The notes under the pieces were generated by a model, which made no database searches, was not told the DNA's origin, and saw only the letters and a program-made list of their open reading frames with translations. The position numbers and the translations under genes were made by a program. A stretch of DNA of 4,919 nucleotides from a virus (Duplodnaviria > Heunggongvirae > Uroviricota > Caudoviricetes), in IMG/VR virus record IMGVR_UViG_2531839582_000013. The stretch is one strand, 5' to 3'. This document shows positions 1-4,919 of the stretch, in pieces (within the stretch, counting starts at the first letter, position 1; each line of letters begins with the position of its first letter).

Positions 1-4
1 CCAC

Positions 5-30
5 AAAAAAGCCCGCCTGAACCGGCGGGC
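5..30 (-). terminator. Putative rho-independent terminator downstream of lom
   Basis: Plus-strand stem gcccgcc (11..17), loop tgaacc (18..23), stem ggcgggc (24..30), preceded by aaaaaa (5..10). On the minus strand this is a 7-bp GC-rich hairpin followed by six U, about 25 nt past the lom stop. Confidence 0.5.
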
Positions 31-53
31 TGTCATAACACTGTGTTACCTGG

Positions 54-656
54 CTAATCAGAATTTATAACCAACACCCACGATGAACCGTCAGTGCGCC
101 AGTCACCACTGCCGGAGCCTTCATAAGCAATATCAATGGCCACGGATTCGGTCGGGTTAAACTGCACGCCAGCCCCCCACGCCAGAGACGTGTTGCTGTG
201 GCGACCGTCATCACTTCCGGTCAGCACATCATGCGTTTTCCCCGTATTGTCGGTCACCTGCAGATAATCCCCGGAGAAAGTCGACACACGGCTGTAAGCC
301 ACACCCGCCATCGCATACGCGCTGAACCATTCATTCACGCGCACAGACGGTCCCGCCATCACGCTGAACCAGCGGTTACGCACGGAATCCTCATGCCAGC
401 GGGTATCGCTGTAATGCGTTTTTTGCTCATCTTCAGCGTTGGCATAACTGAATGACGTAATCAGCCCCAGCGTGTCCGTAAACTCATAACGGTATTTCAC
501 GTTAATCCCGTTCAGATTATCGCTGCCGGGAGCGTTCGTACGGGCATGAAGATACCCTGCGCTCAGTGTGGCCTGCTGCTCAGACGCCCATGCAGGCGCA
601 CCGGATACGGCCAGACAGATGGCTGCGGACAAAATGGCTGCATAAACTTTACGCAT
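54..656 (-). CDS. lom: Lom outer-membrane protein (Ail/Lom/PagC family 8-stranded beta-barrel); 3' end frameshifted as sequenced
   Basis: 200-aa ORF with a signal peptide (MRKVYAAILSAAICLAVSGAPAWA) and Lom-family motifs (NGINVKYRYEFTD, WFSVMAGP, AYAMAGVAYSR, AIDIAYEGSGSGDWRTDG). GAGG Shine-Dalgarno 4 nt upstream of the ATG at 656. The last 10 codons are out of frame: the adjacent frame over 58..87 encodes FIVGVGYKF followed by a stop at 58..60, the family's canonical C-terminus. Confidence 0.88.
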   Translation of the reverse strand: MRKVYAAILSAAICLAVSGAPAWASEQQATLSAGYLHARTNAPGSDNLNGINVKYRYEFTDTLGLITSFSYANAEDEQKTHYSDTRWHEDSVRNRWFSVMAGPSVRVNEWFSAYAMAGVAYSRVSTFSGDYLQVTDNTGKTHDVLTGSDDGRHSNTSLAWGAGVQFNPTESVAIDIAYEGSGSGDWRTDGSSWVLVINSD

Positions 657-680
657 AATTACCTCTCGCTTTTCTGCAAT

Positions 681-704
681 AAAAAAGGCGCCATTTCTGG
701 CGCC
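681..704 (-). terminator. Putative rho-independent terminator downstream of J, between J and lom
   Basis: Stem ggcgcc (687..692), loop atttct (693..698), stem ggcgcc (699..704), with aaaaaa at 681..686. On the minus strand this is a hairpin followed by six U, 19 nt after the J stop codon at 724..726. Confidence 0.5.
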
Positions 705-723
705 CGTATTGGGGTTATAAAAT

Positions 724-1743
724 TCAGCTGATACTGATGCCTGCGGTGGCTTTCTTCATCACCACAACCAGCAAATCGCTGATACTTGCTGTGGGATACC
801 AGTCATTTACCAACCATGCTGACACCGAAAACTCCAGTGTCATGTGACCGTGACCGGCAGGCATATCAATAACACCACTGTAAATCAGCGTATTATCCAG
901 CGCGGTACGGTTATAAATTTCAGCACCGTTTTTCCGTACTATCAGACGGCATGAGGAGTAAATATCAGTATGCTCTTTCTCATGTTTAGCGCCGCTGAAT
1001 GCCACCGCCGGAATAACAATCTGCCGGTCAAACGGCTGATCGTCATAAACCCTGACGGTAATGGTTCCTGATGGCCACCGCTCCGGTGCACGGGAGTCCC
1101 GGGGGAAAGCTTTGCCCACTGTTTTAACGAGATCGCCTTCAATCTGGTTGGCGGACAGTTTTCCCAGAACCCGACAGTTCTCGTTAATCGTGACGTTGTT
1201 GAGCGTCCCGGAGTTCGCATTCACGTTACCGCTGATATCGGCATTTTTCGCCGTCAGCCACCCGTCCGGTGTCAGGGAAAATGCCGGAGGATTACCGCCG
1301 CTGGTAATGGTCGGAGCCGTCAGGCGTTTCAGGAACACGTCGTTCATGAATATCTGATCGCCCTGACCAACAAACATTGGTCTTGTGTTGCCATTAGACG
1401 GATCAATAAACGCGATACGGTTAGCGGCAACCAGGAACTGGCTCAGCTTGCCTTCTTCCGTGTCCTCCATGCTGAGGCCAATACCCGCGACATAATGTTT
1501 GCCGTCTTTGGTCTGCTCAATTTTGACAGCCCACATGGCATTCCACTTATCGTTGGCGTCCTTCCACTCTTTCGAAAACTCCTCCAGGTCAGGCGCAAGC
1601 TGACCGTTATCAATCTGCGTCCACAGCTCCTGAGCCAGATGGGTTTTCCCTATCTCGCCTTTGAAAAAATCCAGATAGCCTGATGCATCATCACTCGGCT
1701 GACCGACAGCCTCCACGAATGCCGATTTGCCAACGGTGTTCAC
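724..1743 (-). CDS. J: J C-terminal fragment (receptor-binding end); the open frame actually extends upstream to about 2130 without a start codon
   Basis: 339-codon ORF from a GTG at 1743. It matches the gpJ C-terminal region ([13 protein letters not shown]..., [91 protein letters not shown]). The same frame stays open and J-like up to the stop at 2131..2133. Part of the pseudogene above. Confidence 0.6.
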   Translation of the reverse strand: MNTVGKSAFVEAVGQPSDDASGYLDFFKGEIGKTHLAQELWTQIDNGQLAPDLEEFSKEWKDANDKWNAMWAVKIEQTKDGKHYVAGIGLSMEDTEEGKLSQFLVAANRIAFIDPSNGNTRPMFVGQGDQIFMNDVFLKRLTAPTITSGGNPPAFSLTPDGWLTAKNADISGNVNANSGTLNNVTINENCRVLGKLSANQIEGDLVKTVGKAFPRDSRAPERWPSGTITVRVYDDQPFDRQIVIPAVAFSGAKHEKEHTDIYSSCRLIVRKNGAEIYNRTALDNTLIYSGVIDMPAGHGHMTLEFSVSAWLVNDWYPTASISDLLVVVMKKATAGISIS

Positions 1744-3011
1744 ACTGCGAACGTAAAAATAATAATCATGGCCCGGTTTGATATTGATACTGGCGGCTAT
1801 CCAGTACAGTGCCGTACCAAGATAACGCGCGCTGGTTTCAACCTGCCTGATATCCGCAATCCGTTTTTCCGAGAACCAGAACTCAAACTGTACCGTCGGG
1901 TCATAAACCGCAAGATGCGGCGTGGCGGTTATCTGAAAATAGCCCGGCGTCAGCTCAATCCGCGACGGCGCTGCCGGTGCGGCAATCCGGAACGATACCG
2001 ACGCCGGATCGCCCTGCTGCCCCCACGCATTTACTGCCCGGACTGTCAGCCTGTAGTTCCCCAGCGCCAGTTGTGTGAAGCGGTAAGTGGTTTCCGTCGT
2101 CCGGGCCGTGCTGACCAGCCGCTCACGCCGTCATCCGCTGCCACGGTCAGGCGAAGCAGAAGCTCACGCCCTTCACCACCTTCGGCGTTCCCAGCGGCCA
2201 GACCTGATACTCCCCGCTGTCTGCGGTGACTTCGCGGTCAGTGCTGCACGCTGGCGGCGTGACACCATTACCGTGCCGCTCTGGTCGCCGTCAAAGTGCG
2301 CCCCGTTATCCACGATGGCCTCTTTTTCCGGTACATGCTGCACGGCGGTGATGGCATACGTGCCGTCTCGTTCTCACGGATACTCACGCAGCGGAACAGG
2401 CGCTGGCGCACGTCGGCAGCTTCAGCCCCCAACGCTGTATTCAGCAACGCCGTCAGGAACACGGCTCACTTTCACCTTCACGCCGTCGGTGACGGACTGA
2501 CCTCCACGCTGACCGGATCCCTCCGTCAACCAGGCTTATCAGCGTGGTCCGGAGATGGCAGCGTGATTTCACGGTCGAGCGTCAGCGTCCGGGTCTGGCT
2601 GTTCACCGCCAGCACGCGCCCCCGGTGCGATACCGCATAGTCATCATCGCAGATTTCAATGACATCCCCGGTACATGGCGAAGCCCTTCGCACCCACGCT
2701 GAAGTCCACGGTCTGCGTTTCCAGCAGTTCGTTTTAATCAGCCACAGCCCGGCGCGGTGGCCTGCCCCCGGCTGGTACAGCCAAAGCATCCATCTTCGTG
2801 ACGTTACGACCGTAACGGGCAATGGCCTGCGTTCTCACAAGCTCTGTCGCCGTCTCCCAGCCGTTATTCGGGTCAATCCAGTTCACCTCAACGGCATTAT
2901 GGCGGTCCTTCAGGGCGCTGAAGCTGTAGCGGAACGGCGCCCATCATCCGGCATCACCACATTACTGCGGTTATAGGTCCACACCTTATCGAGGTCGGTC
3001 CTGCACGAACG

Positions 3012-4079
3012 TCAGCGTCTGCCCGTTCCATACCGGCATACAGCGCATCGCGAGCAGAAATCACTGAGCACATCCCACGCCTTACGCTGGTGGTCAGAGG
3101 CATTACAGGTGATGCGCGGCTCCGTGCCGCCAAAACCGTCCGGCACCGACTGGTCGCAGTACTGGCCGATGACATACAGCGCCCATTTATCCACATCTGC
3201 CGCACCAAGACGTTTCCCCATGCCGTAGCGCGGATGGGTCAGCATATCCCACAGACACCAGGCCATGTTGTTGCTGTATGCTGGCTTAAACGTTCCGTCC
3301 CAGATACCGCTGTATTGCCGCGTCTGCGGGTTATAATTCGACGGCACCTGCAGAATACGCCCGCGCAGATGATAATTACGGCTCACCTGCTGGCTGCCGA
3401 ACTGCTCCGAGTCCACCTGCACGCCGACCAGTGCCGTGTTCGGGTAGCACTGTTTCACATCGATAATTTCGGTGTATGACGACCAGAGCGTTTTGTTCTG
3501 CAGCTGGTCTGTGGTGCTGTCCGGCGTCATCCTGCGCATCCGGATATTAAACGGGCGCGGCGGCAGGTTATCCACCACCACCGAGGCCAGATACTGTGAA
3601 GTGGTTTTACCCTTAATGGTGATGTCTTTTTCCGTCACCCAGCCACCGTTACGTTGTATCTGAACCAGCAGGCGGACTTCCGATGGATTCCTGTCCCCCT
3701 TTGAGGTGGTTTCCACCAGTGCCTGCACGCCGAAAGTAAAACGCAGACGGTCAATGTTTGCCGACGTGATGGTCCGGGTGATCGGCGTGTCATATTTCAC
3801 TTCTGTACCGAGCACCGTCTCGGAGCCGGAGGATTCAAATCCCTCCGGCGGTGTCTGCTCCTGCTCACCGGCCCGGAACACCACCGTGACGCCGGATATA
3901 TTGGTATTCCCCTCACTGTCCAGCACCGGCGTACTGTTCAGCAGCACGCTTTTTAATCCATCCACCGGACCTTCAACCGGCCCTTCGCTGATGGCATCGA
4001 TCACACTCAGCAGCTGCGTGGACTTCAGGTTATCTTTCGCTTCGCGCGGGGTATGCCCCTTACTGCTGCCTTTACCCAT
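3012..4079 (-). CDS. J: J N-terminal fragment (intact 355-codon frame ending at the first frameshift)
   Basis: ATG at 4079 with GGAG 8 nt upstream. Begins MGKGSSKGHTPREAKDNLKSTQLLSVIDAISEGP and matches the gpJ N-terminus up to ...KAWDVLSDFCS, then leaves the J frame at about 3050 and terminates at 3012. This is part of the pseudogene above, listed because gene callers will emit it as a separate ORF. Confidence 0.6.
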   Translation of the reverse strand: MGKGSSKGHTPREAKDNLKSTQLLSVIDAISEGPVEGPVDGLKSVLLNSTPVLDSEGNTNISGVTVVFRAGEQEQTPPEGFESSGSETVLGTEVKYDTPITRTITSANIDRLRFTFGVQALVETTSKGDRNPSEVRLLVQIQRNGGWVTEKDITIKGKTTSQYLASVVVDNLPPRPFNIRMRRMTPDSTTDQLQNKTLWSSYTEIIDVKQCYPNTALVGVQVDSEQFGSQQVSRNYHLRGRILQVPSNYNPQTRQYSGIWDGTFKPAYSNNMAWCLWDMLTHPRYGMGKRLGAADVDKWALYVIGQYCDQSVPDGFGGTEPRITCNASDHQRKAWDVLSDFCSRCAVCRYGTGRR

Positions 4080-4101
4080 TCGTCATGCTCCATAAACGAT
4101 A

Positions 4102-4121
4102 AAACCGCCCGGAGGCGGTTT
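4102..4121 (-). other. Perfect 8-bp stem-loop in the I-J intergenic spacer; function unknown
   Basis: Plus-strand aaaccgcc (4102..4109), loop cgga, ggcggttt (4114..4121). On the minus-strand mRNA this is GAAACCGCC-UCCG-GGCGGUUU followed by UAUCGUUUAUGG, then the J Shine-Dalgarno and ATG. Confidence 0.25.
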
Positions 4122-4139
4122 CACATAAAACATTTTGCA

Positions 4140-4811
4140 TCAGCGACCAATCACCACAACCTGACCACCGTCCCCTTCGTCTGCCGTGCTGATCTCCTGA
4201 GAAACCACGCGTGACCCCACGCGCATTTCACCGTACAGAACCGGCAGAACATTGCCCTGGGCAACCATGTTATCCAGTGAGGAGAAATAGGTGTTCTGTT
4301 TGCCGTTATCCGTTGTCTGTGTACGGGGAGTTCTGGCTTTCGGTGCCAGCATCTGCGCCACACCACCGAGCACCATACTGGCACCGAGAGAAAACAGGAT
4401 GCCGGTCATACCACCGGCCCCAATGGCTGCCCCCCATGCTGCAAGGGTGGCTCCGGCGGTAAAGAATGATCCGGCAATGGCGGCAGCCCCCAGGACAATC
4501 TGGAATACGCCACCTGACTTGGCCCCGGCGACTCTGGGAACAATATGAATCACAGCGCCATCAGGCAGAGTCTCATGTAACTGCGCCGTTAACCCGGACG
4601 TGCTGACGTCCCGCCCGGCAATCCGTACCTGATACCAGCCGTCGCTCAGTTTCTGACGAAACACCGGGAGCTGTGTGGCCAGTGCGCGGATGGCTTCAGC
4701 CCCCGTTTTCACACGAAGGTCGATGCGGCGGCCAAATCGTTGCAAATCCCCGTAAAGGCAGATGCGCGCCATGCCCGGTGACGCCAGAGGGAGTGTGTGC
4801 GTCGCTGCCAT
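4140..4811 (-). CDS. I: Tail assembly protein I (lambda gpI-like)
   Basis: 223-aa ORF, the same length as lambda gpI and near-identical by recall (MAATHTLPLASPGMARICLYGDLQRFGRRIDLRVKTGAEAIRALATQLP...). It has a Gly/Ala-rich hydrophobic C-terminal half. The start lies 103 nt inside the 3' end of K and the stop is 60 nt upstream of the J ATG, the same spacing I recall for lambda. Confidence 0.93.
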   Translation of the reverse strand: MAATHTLPLASPGMARICLYGDLQRFGRRIDLRVKTGAEAIRALATQLPVFRQKLSDGWYQVRIAGRDVSTSGLTAQLHETLPDGAVIHIVPRVAGAKSGGVFQIVLGAAAIAGSFFTAGATLAAWGAAIGAGGMTGILFSLGASMVLGGVAQMLAPKARTPRTQTTDNGKQNTYFSSLDNMVAQGNVLPVLYGEMRVGSRVVSQEISTADEGDGGQVVVIGR

Positions 4812-4919
4812 TTGTCGGTATACCTCTCTCGTTTGCTCAGTTGTTCAGGAATATGGTGCAGCAGCTCGCCATCACCACAGTAAATGGCGGCATGATTCGG
4901 CACCGATGAACCAAAACAG
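4709..4919 (-). CDS. K: Tail assembly protein K (lambda gpK-like, NlpC/P60-type C-terminal region); 5' end lies beyond the window
   Basis: The frame is open from the window edge to the stop at 4709..4711. The C-terminal peptide ...VPNHAAIYCGDGELLHHIPEQLSKRERYTDKWQRRTHSLWRHRAWRASAFTG... matches the gpK C-terminus by recall. It overlaps I out of frame. Confidence 0.85.
   Translation of the reverse strand, partial: CFGSSVPNHAAIYCGDGELLHHIPEQLSKRERYTDKWQRRTHSLWRHRAWRASAFTGICNDLAAASTFV

Larger units (their letters stand above)
724..4079 (-). pseudogene. J: Host specificity protein J (lambda gpJ-like tail tip / central tail fibre), disrupted by multiple frameshifts in its central region
   Basis: The locus is about 3.36 kb, matching the length of a lambda J gene, and sits between I and lom. 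The N-terminal 355 codons (3012..4079) and the C-terminal open frame (724..2130) both read as J. Between about 2125 and 3055, J-like peptides appear in alternating frames: AMRCMPVWNGQTLTFVQDRP, DKVWTYNRSNVVMPDDG, APFRYSFSALKDRHNAVEVNWIDPNNGWETATELV, HRAGLWLIKT, GDVIEICDDDYA, GRVLAVNSQTRTLTLDREITLPS, RQRLFRCVSIREN and [28 protein letters not shown]. Confidence 0.85.

Noticed and set aside
198-731. Plus-strand ORFs 198..455 and 546..731 opposite lom
   Set aside because: These are antisense shadows of lom and its upstream spacer, with no ribosome-binding site and no recognisable protein features.
657-760. A specific sigma70 promoter for lom
   Set aside because: Several weak TATAAC-like and TTGCAG-like hexamers are present, but none has convincing -35/-10 spacing, and the region overlaps the J terminator and J 3' end. 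I cannot call a promoter with confidence.
724-1175. Diversity-generating retroelement targeting the J receptor-binding domain
   Set aside because: I considered this because tail-fibre tips can be retroelement targets, but the window has no reverse-transcriptase ORF and no template or variable repeat pair. Mosaic divergence from lambda is the simpler explanation.
942-1683. Short ORFs inside the J C-terminal region (942..1220 minus, 1061..1357 plus, 1495..1683 plus)
   Set aside because: They are alternative-frame or antisense ORFs nested in a well-supported J reading frame, with no independent support.
2268-3208. Minus-strand ORFs 2268..2462, 2526..2822 and 2954..3208 as independent genes
   Set aside because: The first two are chimeras of in-frame J peptide (RQRLFRCVSIREN; HRAGLWLIKT, GDVIEICDDDYA, GRVLAVNSQTRTLTLDREITLPS) joined to out-of-frame J sequence, so they are by-products of the frameshifted J. 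The third is an off-frame read of the same region.
1768-4095. Long plus-strand ORFs antisense to J (1768..2229, 2087..2500, 2296..2640, 2659..2976, 3090..3479, 3472..3663, 3706..4095)
   Set aside because: They are Arg/Pro/Ser/Ala-rich and low-complexity, as expected for antisense frames of a GC-rich gene. None has a convincing ribosome-binding site or any recognisable similarity, and all lie entirely within the J locus on the opposite strand.
4151-4909. Nested and antisense ORFs within I and K (4151..4384 minus, 4211..4462 plus, 4291..4548 plus, 4673..4909 plus)
   Set aside because: They overlap the strongly supported I and K frames, and their composition (Cys/Arg/Pro/Trp-rich) is typical of off-frame translation.
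1-4919. CRISPR array, tRNA or other RNA genes, IS element or integrase, toxin-antitoxin or other defence system
   Set aside because: I found no direct-repeat and spacer periodicity, no tRNA-like structure, no terminal inverted repeats with a transposase, and no unassigned intact ORF. The whole window is accounted for by K, I, J and lom and their short spacers.

Overview
Read on the minus strand, this window is the distal tail module of a lambda-like (lambdoid siphovirus) prophage, in lambda gene order: 3' end of K, then I, J and lom. I and the K fragment look intact. J (724..4079) is recognisable along its whole length, but its central third (about 2125..3055) carries many single-base gaps, so J-like peptide runs hop between reading frames. 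lom has one single-base gap about 30 nt before its stop, which replaces the conserved C-terminal beta-strand of the Ail/Lom/PagC family. Hairpin-plus-T-run terminators sit on both sides of lom, giving it a moron-like layout. I see no tRNA, rRNA, CRISPR array, IS element or convincing novel system. The points worth following up are the clustered frame disruptions (real prophage decay versus an unpolished or repeat-collapsed assembly patch) and a J C-terminal receptor-binding domain that differs from lambda. Protein identifications rest on recall of the lambda K, I, J and Lom sequences, not on a database search.
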